Shown here piece by piece: positions 27,331 through 37,510 of a DNA stretch of 64,000 nt. The notes under the pieces are model-generated. The model was not told the origin of the DNA, did no database searches, and was given only the letters and a program-made list of their open reading frames with translations. Source of the DNA: Vicinamibacteria bacterium (GTDB taxonomy: Bacteria > Acidobacteriota > Vicinamibacteria > Marinacidobacterales > Marinacidobacteraceae). The position numbers and the translations under genes were made by a program. Position 1 is the stretch's first letter. Every line of letters begins with the position of its first letter. The DNA lies in contig OZ241322.1 in NCBI GenBank assembly GCA_965199715.1, forward strand, positions 1,216,001-1,280,000, in the 5' to 3' direction.

Positions 27331-29885
27331 CAGAAGGTCGGGCCGAAGAGTACGGCGTTCATGAACATCCGAGTCAGTCCGTCCCAGAACAGCCGGAAGT
27401 TCGGATCATCGAGGAAGAGCGCGACCCGTCCCGCGCCGACCCTCTCGGTCACGAGCCACGGCGTTCCCGCGAGCCGCTCCAGCGAATCCGGGAACGCGAA
27501 CCCGCTGCCGAGCAGCCGGTCGGGATCGCTCGGGAATCGCGCCGCCGCCGCGACCCGGGGATCGGGCTCGAACGCGAGGCTCGACCAGACCATCACCGGG
27601 AACGGCTCCTCGTAGCCGAAGCTGAGGAAGCTCTCCGGGTTCGGGATCGCCCGCAGGATCGCGCCGGGAACGACCTCGGCGGCCACCTCCGCTGCCGGAG
27701 CCGGATCGTCGGGGCGGCCGCCGTCGGTCATGAACGCCGACTTGGACTGGAAGCCGGCCTTCAGGCTCGTGCGCGTCCAGTCCGCTCCGGCGAGCCACGC
27801 CGACGCGCCACGCATCGCGATGAGCACGCCGCCCCGCTCGGTCCACTCCTGAAGATGCGCGAGCGTCTCCCGGGCTTCGGGGAAGCTCCCGTCGGGCAGG
27901 ATGAGCACGCCGTAGTCACGGAGATCGGTCGCGGCGATGCGGTCCCAATGCAGCGCGGTGAACGGGAGCCCGAACCGGCGCTCGAACAGGTACCACGGGC
28001 TCCCGTAGGCGGACGGGCGCACCGGCCCTCCCATGACCATCGCGACCCGGCCGGCGGCGACCTGAAGGAACTGGTCCGAACCGAGGTGCGGCCCCGAGTC
28101 CGTCAACGGGCCGTCCACGCCGAGGACCCGAGCGGGCAGTTCGCGCAGCATCTCCCGCGCCCCGTCCCCGAAGACCAAGAGCGAGCCCCGGGCGAACCGC
28201 TCGCCGCCGACCTCGAAGGGCGCGGTCGCCACCCGGAACGGAACCTCGGCTTCACGGAGCCGCACCGCCGCGTCGATCACATGGTCGGAATCCCCGGCGA
28301 CCACGAACGCGTAGCTCCCGTCGGTGAATGCGCCCGAACGCGACGTGAAGTCGTCGCCCGGCGGAACCGGACCGGCGAGCGACCACGCCTCCAACCGGTA
28401 CGTGAGGGGGATCGACCAACCGGTGACGTCGTAGAAGGCGTCGGCGCTGGTCCAGATGTCCGGGTGCCCGAACGCAGGGTCGGCGCGCCGTTCCCGGTGC
28501 TCCTCCACGTAGTCGAGAAACTCCTCGCTGAACCGGGCGTCCTCCTCCACGAGCACCCGCAGCAGCCTGCCCTCCGGCTGCGCTGCGTCCAGCACGAGGC
28601 TCCCCGCCGGCAGCAGGACCTCCCCCGACCCCTCCCCCGGAAAGAGAGCCTGCGCTCCTTCCACCATGACCGGCTCCCGCGTGCGGCGGACCTCGATGCC
28701 GGCGCGGAGCAGCACTTCCGCCGCCCGGTCGAGACGCGCCGGATCGGAAGCGCCGGAGATCGCCCAGCCGGTGATCCCCTGCGGCTCGAGCGCGTCCCGG
28801 CGGTAGGCGAGGAAATCGCGCAACCGGCGCTCCCGGTTCTCGGCGGTGAGCCGGAGCACGCTGCGCCCGGCGACGAGGTGCTGCTCGATCCCGTCACGAA
28901 GCGTGTACTCGCCGCCGCCGGGCCGGGCCAGCCGCAGGCCGCGCCAGCCGCCGCCGGTGGTCTCGAGGGTGAAACCGATCGCCCCGGTGAAGTTCGGCAG
29001 AGTGTCCCAGTAGCCGGGGTCGAACTGCCCGAACTCCCACGGCGCGTAGGGGTAGCCGGCCTCCGCGAACTCCCGCGCCATCGCTTGGCCGTACTCAACG
29101 AGCCAGTCGCGCTGGTTCGGCGTGAGCACCGAGTGGAGCGGCTCGGCCATCCACGGCCCGATGAACGAGTCGGTCTCGCCGTGATGATCCACGAACACCA
29201 TGGGCCGCGCTTCCCGGTAGAGCCGCGACAGCGCCTCGTTCTCGGGCTGGGTGCTCCAGACCGAGTCGCGGTTGAGGTTGATCTGGTAATGATTGTTGTT
29301 CGTCGCGAGCCCCCACGGGGCGCGGTGCTCGACCGCGTTCGGGTCGGGGTCGCCGTCGGGCCAGCGGGCGGTCGCCTTGAACCACGCGGCGAAGCGCTCG
29401 TGGCTGTCGGGATTCGAGGCCGGCACGACGTACACGATGAGGTCTTCCAGCAGCGCGTCGTGCCGACCGGTGAGCAGCTCCCACGCCATCCAGAGCGCCG
29501 CCTCGAACGCCGCCGACTCGTTCCCGTCGTTGCCGTAGTTGAGGAAGACCCCCGCCGGAGTGCGGGCGAGGATCGCTTCCTCATCCTCAAGGCCCCTCGG
29601 GTCGGCGAGCCGCCGCGCATCCTGCTGGATCGCGTCCAGCCGGGCGAGGTTCTCCGGCGAGCTGATGGTCAGCAGAATGAGTTCCCGGTGCTCGAACGTC
29701 TCCCCGAAGCTCGTGATCCGGAGCCTCGGCGAATGCCGGATCGCGTCCAGATAGCGGTAGAGGCCCCCGTAGTCCGTGACCGTCGCGCCCATCGGATACC
29801 CGAGGACATCCTCGGGAGAGGGAACCTCGGCGGCCGCCAGCGAACCGGACAGGATGGCGGCGGGAACGAGGAAGCGGACGCGCAC
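27330..29885 (-). CDS. Exported M14-family zinc carboxypeptidase-like protein with a C-terminal glutamine amidotransferase-like domain
   Basis: DGNE, NPD, NHYQINLNRD, DHHG, YDVTGWS, DDPNFR; start may be 29912. Confidence 0.82.
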   Translation of the reverse strand: MRVRFLVPAAILSGSLAAAEVPSPEDVLGYPMGATVTDYGGLYRYLDAIRHSPRLRITSFGETFEHRELILLTISSPENLARLDAIQQDARRLADPRGLEDEEAILARTPAGVFLNYGNDGNESAAFEAALWMAWELLTGRHDALLEDLIVYVVPASNPDSHERFAAWFKATARWPDGDPDPNAVEHRAPWGLATNNNHYQINLNRDSVWSTQPENEALSRLYREARPMVFVDHHGETDSFIGPWMAEPLHSVLTPNQRDWLVEYGQAMAREFAEAGYPYAPWEFGQFDPGYWDTLPNFTGAIGFTLETTGGGWRGLRLARPGGGEYTLRDGIEQHLVAGRSVLRLTAENRERRLRDFLAYRRDALEPQGITGWAISGASDPARLDRAAEVLLRAGIEVRRTREPVMVEGAQALFPGEGSGEVLLPAGSLVLDAAQPEGRLLRVLVEEDARFSEEFLDYVEEHRERRADPAFGHPDIWTSADAFYDVTGWSIPLTYRLEAWSLAGPVPPGDDFTSRSGAFTDGSYAFVVAGDSDHVIDAAVRLREAEVPFRVATAPFEVGGERFARGSLLVFGDGAREMLRELPARVLGVDGPLTDSGPHLGSDQFLQVAAGRVAMVMGGPVRPSAYGSPWYLFERRFGLPFTALHWDRIAATDLRDYGVLILPDGSFPEARETLAHLQEWTERGGVLIAMRGASAWLAGADWTRTSLKAGFQSKSAFMTDGGRPDDPAPAAEVAAEVVPGAILRAIPNPESFLSFGYEEPFPVMVWSSLAFEPDPRVAAAARFPSDPDRLLGSGFAFPDSLERLAGTPWLVTERVGAGRVALFLDDPNFRLFWDGLTRMFMNAVLFGPTF

Positions 29886-29930
29886 CGGAAACGCATATAG
29901 TCGCACGCTCACAAATTGAGGAGCGCAGCG

Positions 29931-31274
29931 ATGTCACACCCGACTTGGTTCAATCGCAGGGCCTTCCTGAGGGGGGCCGCCGCCGTCGCCGGAACCGCCG
30001 CGGCGGGGGCTTCGGGCCTCGGACGCGCCGTCGCCGCCCCGGCGCAGAACGGGTTCGACTTCGACACGCCATACGACCGCATTGACACCGACTGCTCCAA
30101 ATGGGACAGCATCAGGGAGCGGTACGGGGCCGAGAACATCCAAGTCGCGATGGGAGTCGCGGACATGGACTTCAAGTGCGCCCCGGCGATCACGGAGGCG
30201 CTCGCCGACCGGGTGCGGCACGAGAACTGGGGCTACCTCCACATGCCGAAGGACTTCTTCCCGGCGATCGTGGACTGGAACAAGACCCGGCACGGCCTTG
30301 ACGTCAACCCGGACCTCATGGCGCTCTCGGACGGGGTGCATCCGGCGCTGATCGCCGCGCTGAAGGCGCTCGCCCGCCCGGGCAGCCGGGTGCTTCTGAC
30401 CACCTCCACCTACAGCGGCTTCTACACCGACCTTCGCGAGTCCGACACGCTCGCCGCGGAGAGCCCGTTCATCGTGGAGAACGGGGTCCACCGCTTCGAC
30501 TGGGACGACCTCGAGTCCCGCATCTCGCACGACACCGACGCGCTGATCCTGTGCAATCCGCAGAACCCCACCGGGAACTGCTGGTCGCAGGAGGACCTGA
30601 TGCGGCTCGGGCAGATGTGCCTCGAGCGGCGGGTGGTCGTGCTCGCCGACGAGATCCACTGCGACTTCGTGACCAAGGGCAACAAGTACACGCCGTTCGC
30701 CACGCTGCCGGACAAGGCGGTGGTGGACAACAGCGTGACGTTCCAGTCGGGCAGCAAGACGTTCAGCCTCGCCGCGATGAAGGTCGCGTGGTACCACACG
30801 ACGAACCCCGAGTTCTTCGAGAAGATCGACAAGCACCACATGGCGCAGACGAACACGCTCGGCGTGGTGGCGCACCACGCCGCGCTCCGGGGCGGGGCCG
30901 AGTGGCTCGACCAGTTGCTCGTCTATCTGGACGGCAACCACGACTTCGCGCAGCAGTACTTCCGCGAGAACATCCCGCAGATCAAGAGCGTCAAGGCCGA
31001 GGGCACGTACCTCGCGTGGCTCGACATCACGGAGATCGCCGAGCGCATCGGAGCGGCGGAGAAGGCGAAGGCGGCCAGCGAGACCGAGGAGAACGCGGTG
31101 AGCCCGGAGACCATCGTCGTGCGCTGGCTCGTCGAGAACGCCGGGGTCTATACGAACCCCGGCTCCAGCTACGGGCCGGGCGGCGAGAACCACATCCGGA
31201 TGAACCTCGGCACCTCGCGGGGTCTCATCAAGCTGGCGCTCGACAACATCGCGGGGGCCGTCAGCACCCTGTAG
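29931..31274 (+). CDS. PatB/MalY-family PLP-dependent C-S lyase with a Tat signal
   Basis: NRRAFLRG; MGVADMDF, CNPQNPTG, DEIHCD, SKTF, EGTYLAWLD, IRMNLG. Confidence 0.9.
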   Translation: MSHPTWFNRRAFLRGAAAVAGTAAAGASGLGRAVAAPAQNGFDFDTPYDRIDTDCSKWDSIRERYGAENIQVAMGVADMDFKCAPAITEALADRVRHENWGYLHMPKDFFPAIVDWNKTRHGLDVNPDLMALSDGVHPALIAALKALARPGSRVLLTTSTYSGFYTDLRESDTLAAESPFIVENGVHRFDWDDLESRISHDTDALILCNPQNPTGNCWSQEDLMRLGQMCLERRVVVLADEIHCDFVTKGNKYTPFATLPDKAVVDNSVTFQSGSKTFSLAAMKVAWYHTTNPEFFEKIDKHHMAQTNTLGVVAHHAALRGGAEWLDQLLVYLDGNHDFAQQYFRENIPQIKSVKAEGTYLAWLDITEIAERIGAAEKAKAASETEENAVSPETIVVRWLVENAGVYTNPGSSYGPGGENHIRMNLGTSRGLIKLALDNIAGAVSTL

Positions 31275-31282
31275 GAGCCGCC

Positions 31283-31558
31283 ATGCGCCGCCGCGACTTC
31301 GCCGCGTTGGCCGCCGCCACGACGGCGGGAGCGCTCTGGCAGCAGGCGTGCGCCGACGTGGAGGAGACCGGTGAGGTCTCGGCGGACACTACCCGCACCC
31401 TGCTGGACCATCAGGGGCCACGCGGGATCTATGCGGATCCGGCGGAGCTGGAGCGGCTGCGGCGGGCATTGACCAACATGGTGGGAGTCCAGCGGACGCT
31501 CCGGGAGTTTCCGCTGGACCCCGACGAGCAACCCATCACGGTGTTCCGGCGCGGATGA
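31283..31558 (+). CDS. Small twin-arginine protein, putative GatC/AtzG-like amidase partner
   Basis: AGGAG RBS; MRRRDFAAL; ends LREFPLDPDEQPITVF; ATGA overlap with the amidase. Confidence 0.65.
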   Translation: MRRRDFAALAAATTAGALWQQACADVEETGEVSADTTRTLLDHQGPRGIYADPAELERLRRALTNMVGVQRTLREFPLDPDEQPITVFRRG

Positions 31559-33027
31559 TGGACGAGTCCACGTTCTTCCTCACCGTCGCCGAGCTGGCGG
31601 CGGGGCTTCGGGACGGCGCGTTCACCTCGGTCGAACTCACCGGTGCGTACCTCGACCGGGCGGAGGAGCTGGACGTTCCTCCCTTCGAGCTGCCGAGCGA
31701 GCCCCGGGAAGACCACGGCGGCAAGCTGGCGACCATGGTCACGATCGCCCGGGACCACGCGATGGAAGCCGCCGAGCGCGCCGACCGGGAGCGGGCGGCG
31801 GGGAACGTCCGGAGCGTCCTTCACGGAATCCCCTACGGCGTGAAGGACCTGCTCGACACGCGCGGCGTCCGCACGACGTGGGGTTCGGGGATCTTCCGCG
31901 ACCGGGTTCCCGACCGCAACGCCGCGGTCATCGACCGCCTCGAGGAAGCGGGCGCGGTGATGATGGCCAAGAACTCGCTCGGCGAGTTCGCCGGCGGGAA
32001 CACGAGTTCGGCGCTCAACCCGTGGAAGCTCGACCGGACCAGCTTCGGGTCGTCCAGCGGGACCGTCTCGGCGGCGGTCGCCGGGCTGATCGGGTTCGGG
32101 ATCGGGACCGAGACCGGCGGCTCGATCGTGTTTCCGGCGTCGGCGGTCGGGGCGTCGGGCCTGCGGCCGACCTTCGGGCGGGTGAGCCGCTTCGGCTGCA
32201 TGGCGCTCTCGTGGAGCCTCGACAAGATCGGCCCGGTGGGGCGCTCCGCCGAGGACTGCGGACACGTCCTCGAGCGCATCGCCGGACCCGATCCGCGGGA
32301 CTCCTCGACGGCGGGCCGGGGCTTCGAGTTCCGCGCCGATCCGGGGTCGATGCGCGGGCGGCGGCTCGGGGTCCACCGGGCCGAGTTCCTGCTGTCGCAG
32401 TCGGAGACCACCCGCCGGGCGTTCCAGGACGCGCTCGACGTCTTCGCTCGGATGGGGGTCGTCGTCGAGGACGTCGAGCTGCCGAGCTTCCCCACCGGAG
32501 CGCTGTTCACGACGATCGTCACCGTCGAGAGCGGAGCCAACTTCAAGTCCCTCTTCGACGACGGCGGCGCCGCGCGGATGTTCTCGTTCAACGAGGATCG
32601 CCGCGCGGGATGGATGGCGGGCCGGATGCTGCCGGCGGCGGACTACCTGACCGCGCAGCGGATCCGGAACCGGCTCGTGCGCGAGGCCGACGAGATCGTC
32701 TCGCGCTACGACGCGGTGATCGCGCCCACGTGGCCGAACGGCGCCGCGCTCCGGACCGTCCGCGACGGCTGGCCGATCCCGGCGCGGAACGAATGGGAGC
32801 CGCCCGACGAGGTCTCGAGCCGCACGCCCCGCCTGAACTACGTCGCGAACCTCGTCGGCCATCCCGGCCTCGCGATCCCGTGCGGATTCGACGAGGACAG
32901 GATGCCGCTCTCGCTCCAGATCGTCGCCTCGCCCATGGACGACCAGTCGGCGCTGGATTTCGGGATGGCGTTCCAGCGGGAGACCGACTGGCACCGCCGA
33001 CGACCTCCGTTCCCGTGGCGGGAGTAA
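31555..33027 (+). CDS. Amidase signature family enzyme (GatA-like)
   Basis: LHGIPYGVKD, GSSSG, GTETGGSIVFPAS, GLRPTFGRVSR. Confidence 0.92.
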   Translation: MMDESTFFLTVAELAAGLRDGAFTSVELTGAYLDRAEELDVPPFELPSEPREDHGGKLATMVTIARDHAMEAAERADRERAAGNVRSVLHGIPYGVKDLLDTRGVRTTWGSGIFRDRVPDRNAAVIDRLEEAGAVMMAKNSLGEFAGGNTSSALNPWKLDRTSFGSSSGTVSAAVAGLIGFGIGTETGGSIVFPASAVGASGLRPTFGRVSRFGCMALSWSLDKIGPVGRSAEDCGHVLERIAGPDPRDSSTAGRGFEFRADPGSMRGRRLGVHRAEFLLSQSETTRRAFQDALDVFARMGVVVEDVELPSFPTGALFTTIVTVESGANFKSLFDDGGAARMFSFNEDRRAGWMAGRMLPAADYLTAQRIRNRLVREADEIVSRYDAVIAPTWPNGAALRTVRDGWPIPARNEWEPPDEVSSRTPRLNYVANLVGHPGLAIPCGFDEDRMPLSLQIVASPMDDQSALDFGMAFQRETDWHRRRPPFPWRE

Positions 33028-34316
33028 CCCGCCGCGCGTTTCTCGCCGGCGCCGCCGCGCTGCCGGCGACGGGGCTCGCCCGGCAGGCCGGGGAGTTCGA
33101 CCTGCTGCTGCGGGGCGGGCGCCTGATCGATCCGAGGAACGGAGTGGACGCGGTCCGGGACATCGGGATCCGCGACGGAAGGGTGGCGGCGGCGGCGCCC
33201 GCGCTCGATCCGGCGCGCTCGGTCAAGGTCGTCGAGTGCGGCGGGCTCCTCGTCACGCCCGGCCTGATCGACATGCACGTGCACGCCTTCGCCGGCGGCG
33301 GCGAGCGCGGCTCCTACGCCGGCGACAACAGCGTGTACCCCGACGGCTTCAGCCTCCGTTCGGGGGTCACGACGGTGCTCGACGCCGGGTGCGCCGGCTG
33401 GCGGAATTTCGAGCGCTTCCGGGAGACGGTCGTCAGCCGGTCCCGCACCCGCGTCCTCGCGCTCGCCAACATCGTGGGCCGCGGGATGCGCGGCGGTGAT
33501 ATCGAGCAGGATCTCGCCGACATGCGGGCGGAGCCGACCGCGGCGCTGGTCCGGGAGCACCGGGACGTCCTCGTGGGCGTCAAGACCGCCCACTACGCCG
33601 GGCCGGACTGGTTCCCGGTGGAGGAGTCGGTGCGCGCCGGCGACTCCGCGGGCGTTCCGGTGATGGTGGACTTCGGCGCGAACCTGCCCGAACGCCCGCT
33701 CGAGACGCTGCTCGGCGAAAAGCTGCGGGCGGGCGACATCTACACCCACTGCTTCGCCGGAAACCGCCGCGAGCTGCTCCCGGACGGAACCCCGAATCCC
33801 GGCCTCTTCGCCGGGCGCGAGCGCGGGGTGATCTTCGACGTGGGGCACGGCGGCGGCAGCTTCCGGTGGAGCGTGGCGGCGGCGTGCCTCGAGGCGGGGT
33901 TCCCTCCGGACTCCATTTCGACCGACCTGCACATCGGCTCGATGAACGCCGGGATGCAGGACCAGGTCACCACCATGAGCAAATTCCTCGCGCTCGGCGA
34001 GCCGCTCGACGCCGTGATCCGGCAGTCCACCTGGAACCCGGCCCGGATCCTGGGGCGCGAGGATCTGGGGCACCTGTCGGTCGGCGCGATCGCCGACGTG
34101 GCGGCGCTGGCGCTCGAGACCGGGAGCTTCGGGTTCGTGGACAGCTTCGGCGCCCGGCACGACGGCGGCGAGCGGCTGACTTGCGAGATGACGTTCAAGG
34201 ACGGGCGCCTCGCGTGGGATCCGAACGGGCGGACCCGGCGCCACTGGAGCGAACTTCCGCCGCTGCACGAAGCCGAGGGCGATCCGCGCTGGGACGGGAT
34301 CCTCCATCGGAGGTAG
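33015..34316 (+). CDS. Amidohydrolase/deacetylase (dihydroorotase-like) with a Tat signal
   Basis: TRRAFL; PGLIDMHVH, DAG, GVK, GDIYTHCF, FDVGHGGGSF, ISTDLH. Confidence 0.88.
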   Translation: MAGVTRRAFLAGAAALPATGLARQAGEFDLLLRGGRLIDPRNGVDAVRDIGIRDGRVAAAAPALDPARSVKVVECGGLLVTPGLIDMHVHAFAGGGERGSYAGDNSVYPDGFSLRSGVTTVLDAGCAGWRNFERFRETVVSRSRTRVLALANIVGRGMRGGDIEQDLADMRAEPTAALVREHRDVLVGVKTAHYAGPDWFPVEESVRAGDSAGVPVMVDFGANLPERPLETLLGEKLRAGDIYTHCFAGNRRELLPDGTPNPGLFAGRERGVIFDVGHGGGSFRWSVAAACLEAGFPPDSISTDLHIGSMNAGMQDQVTTMSKFLALGEPLDAVIRQSTWNPARILGREDLGHLSVGAIADVAALALETGSFGFVDSFGARHDGGERLTCEMTFKDGRLAWDPNGRTRRHWSELPPLHEAEGDPRWDGILHRR

Positions 34317-34320
34317 GACC

Positions 34321-35502
34321 ATGAGCGTGAAAGTGACGAGGCGGGGCCTCCTTCAGGGCGCGGCGGCGCTCGGGGCCGCCGGCTGCGCCGCGCCGGCGCC
34401 CGAAGCTCGCCCCGAGTCGGTGTACGAACGGCTCGGCGTGCGTCCGGTCATCAACGGCGTCGGAACCGTGACGGTGCTGGGCGGCTCGCTCATTCCGCCC
34501 GAAGTCATGGACGCGATGGCGATGGCGTCGCGCAGCTTCGTGCCGCTGCCCGAGCTCCAAGAACGCGCCGGCGACCGCATCGCCGAACTCATCGGCGTGC
34601 CCGCGGCGATGATCGCGTGCGGAGCCGCGTCCGCGATCACCTGCGGGACCGCGGCGGCGGTCGCCGGCGACGACGACGAGGCGCTGCGGCGGCTCCCGGA
34701 CGTGGGCGGGCTGAAGAACGAGGTGATCCAGCAGCACGCGCACCACACCGGATACCAAGCGCAGATGGAGCTGGTCGGCGCGAAGGTCGTGTGGGTGGAG
34801 ACGCGGGAGGAGCTGGAGGCGGCGTTCAACGAACGCACCGCCATGACGTTCTGGCTCAACTTCGCCGAACCCCGGGGCAAGATCGGCCGGTCCGAGTGGA
34901 TCGAGGTCGCGCGAGCGCACGGCGTCCCGACGATGAACGACGCCGCCGCCGACATCCCGCCGCCCGAGCGGTTGCGCGGCTACGTCGAGCAAGGCTTCGA
35001 CATGGTCATCTTCTCCGGCGGCAAGGGATTTCGGGGGCCGCAGGCGTCGGGCCTGCTGCTCGGCCGCCCCGACCTCGTCAAGGCGGCGCGCAAGGCCATC
35101 AGCCCCCACGCCGGAATCGGGCGCGGGATGAAGGTCGGCAAGGAGGAGATCGTCGGCCTCGTCGCCGCGGTCGAGCGCTATCTCGCCCTCGACCACGCCG
35201 CCGAACGGCGCGCGCTGGACGAGCGGGCGGTCCGGGTGCGGGGGATTCTCGAAGGAGTCGCGGGCCTGACCTGCCGGACCGTGGTGCCCGAGATCGCGAA
35301 CCACGTCCCGCACGTGGTCGCGAGCTGGAGCGAGGCCGACCTCGGCCTGACGACGCAGGACGCGGTCCAACGGCTCCTCGAGGGCGACCCGCCGATCGCG
35401 GTGTCCCGCACCGGCGAGGGCCGCCTGCGGATCTCGATGTGGATGCTCCGCGACGGCGAGGACGTCGCCGTCGCGGAGCGGGTCCGGTCGCTGTTCGGCT
35501 GA
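34321..35502 (+). CDS. SelA-like/DgaE-family PLP enzyme with a Tat-lipoprotein signal
   Basis: TRRGLL..AAGC; GVRPVINGVGTVTVLGGS, DAAA, FSGGKGFRGPQASG, GRGMKVGKEEI. Confidence 0.85.
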   Translation: MSVKVTRRGLLQGAAALGAAGCAAPAPEARPESVYERLGVRPVINGVGTVTVLGGSLIPPEVMDAMAMASRSFVPLPELQERAGDRIAELIGVPAAMIACGAASAITCGTAAAVAGDDDEALRRLPDVGGLKNEVIQQHAHHTGYQAQMELVGAKVVWVETREELEAAFNERTAMTFWLNFAEPRGKIGRSEWIEVARAHGVPTMNDAAADIPPPERLRGYVEQGFDMVIFSGGKGFRGPQASGLLLGRPDLVKAARKAISPHAGIGRGMKVGKEEIVGLVAAVERYLALDHAAERRALDERAVRVRGILEGVAGLTCRTVVPEIANHVPHVVASWSEADLGLTTQDAVQRLLEGDPPIAVSRTGEGRLRISMWMLRDGEDVAVAERVRSLFG

Positions 35503-35606
35503 CGGAGCGCGTCAGGAAATCGAGAGAATCTCCCAGTTGTTCGTCCCGGCCACTCGCTGGGCGTGAAACTGGCAGATCACTCACCCCTTCGATCTGGGAG
35601 CGACGC

Positions 35607-36660
35607 ATGGCCGTCGACTACGACGCCATCCGCGACCGAAACACGATCAGGCACGGAACGAACATTGGGAACACCGGGGCGTTGCTCCTCTCGAATCGCT
35701 ACGCCAACCGCACTCATTTCATCTTCGCGTTGCTGCAACACGCCGAGGACGCCTTGGCACGGGGACGAACTCGGCCAAGATCGCGCCGAGTTCGCTTCGA
35801 TCTGGATGCGCGAGTCCTGCGGGTTTCGCACTTCGGCATCCCATTCGACGAACACGATGTGGAGGGCATCCGCGACATCGGACAGACGGGGAAGGATCGT
35901 GCGGGCCTTACGACAATCGGGCGATTCGGCATCGGGTTCAAGTCCGTGTTCGAATTCACCCAACGACCCGAAATACATTCGGGCCCCTACGTTTTCGCCA
36001 TGGAGAACTACGTCCATCCCTTCGCCGCTCCCAAGATTGACCGTAAGGGTGACGAAACCGTCATTCGAATTCCGCTTCGAGGTGATGTCGCGCGGGACAG
36101 CATCGTCAAGGGGCTCGCGGGACTTCAGTCCACGGCTCTCTCTTTCTTCGTGAAATTGAAGAGATTTCATGCCACAGGCACGGAATGGAAGAGGCACTTC
36201 ACCAACGGGCGACTCGGCGGCATGACTCCAATCTCCGAGTGGTGACCATCACGCAATCCACGAAGGGGTCGCCGGGCCAGAGACTCGAGTTTCTCGTCGC
36301 TTCGCGGGATGTCCCTCCACCCGACGGCCTCGCCGGACGGCGGGTTCCGCCAGTCGAAATCGCATGGAAACTCACCGGTGACGGCCAAGAACGATTCAGG
36401 AAGATCGACCGACCACCCCTATACGCATTCTTCAGCACGGGTGTCGAGACCGGGCTTTCATTCGTGGTTCAAGGTCCGTATCGAACAACGCCGAGTCGAG
36501 ACCATGTCCCCCAAGACGACGAATGGAACCGGAAGTGCTTCGCGGAGACTGGGCTCCTGCTGGGCGACGCCCTTGTACAGTTGCGCGACGAAGGCATTCT
36601 GGATACCGCTGCCTGGCGGTGCCTGCCCGTTGGTCTTGATCCCACGGAGGGTCTGGAGAC
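35607..36660 (+). pseudogene. Sacsin/NOV-like GHKL ATPase, frameshifted and 3'-truncated
   Basis: HFIFALLQHAEDA (family ELLQNAED), IGRFGIGFKSVF, IHSG; frameshift near 36145; second frame has VQGPYRTTPSRD..DEWN; visibly lower GC. Confidence 0.78.
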
Positions 36661-36678
36661 CGAAGCGCTGGAAGTTCT

Positions 36679-37510
36679 TCAGCTGCGGGAGATGGGCGCG
36701 GCCGAGGCTGCGACGCTCGGCGCGCTGCCGGCGACGACGTCCCCGTCCTCCCACTGGCCGTTGAGGAAGACCTCGTTGCGGTCGTTCGCCTTGAACGTTA
36801 GCTTGAGGCCTGGCTTCTGGCTGTCGGTCCGGTCCCGGTCGCCATCGAGGGTTCGTTCCCCGCCTCCCACGCGCTGTCCCGCACGTCGCCGCCGCTCGCC
36901 ATGAACCAGATCCGGTCGCGCCGGATCGGCCCGCCGAGCGTAGAGGTGATGTCCTGGTAGCTGTCGCGCTCGTAGGCGAAGGCGTTCGGAGTCCCCTCGG
37001 ACAGGGGCGCGCCGGTGCCCGCGTCGGCGAAGACCTCGGGGAAGGTGAGCGAGTCGTGCTGGTGGAAGTAGTCGTAGAAGTTCCGCTCGGTGGGGAGCTC
37101 CTCCACGAACTCGGAGTCGAGGGTCGTGACCTGCGAATTCGAGGCTACGTCCAGCAGCGGCGCTTCGGCGACGACCTGCACGGTCTCGGCGAGCGTCGAT
37201 GGAGAAAGCCGGGTGTCCAGCGTGGCCGTCGTGTTCTGGCCGATGCGCACGCCCTCGTAACGCGCCGAGGCGAGCCCGGCGTGCGACAGTTCGACCGCGT
37301 ACTCCCCCGGCGCGAGCTGCGGAAACCGGAACACTCCGGATTCGGTCGTGACGCCGGTGCGGGAGCCGCCGATGATGGCGTCGCTTGCGGGGGTCACGGC
37401 GACGCCCGGCAAGACTCCGCCGGTGTCGTCCGTGACCGCGCCCCGGATCCGCCCGTTGTCCTGGGCGAACGCGGGCGCGGCGAGGACGAGCGCGAGCGGC
37501 GCGGCGCCCT
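36679..37510 (-). pseudogene. Relic 5' part of a TonB-dependent receptor paralogous to 39070-41907
   Basis: AQDNGRIRGAVTDDTGGVLPGV...ERNFYDYFHQHDSLTFPEVF; in-frame internal deletion, frameshift near 36840, no barrel. Confidence 0.85.

Noticed and set aside
31283-33027. gatC-gatA of the tRNA amidotransferase
   Set aside because: No gatB follows, the small protein has an RR signal, and the amidase lacks GatA-specific motifs
34321-35502. True selenocysteine synthase selA
   Set aside because: It is shorter than SelA, carries an export signal and sits beside an amidohydrolase as DgaE-like homologs do; no selB or selC nearby
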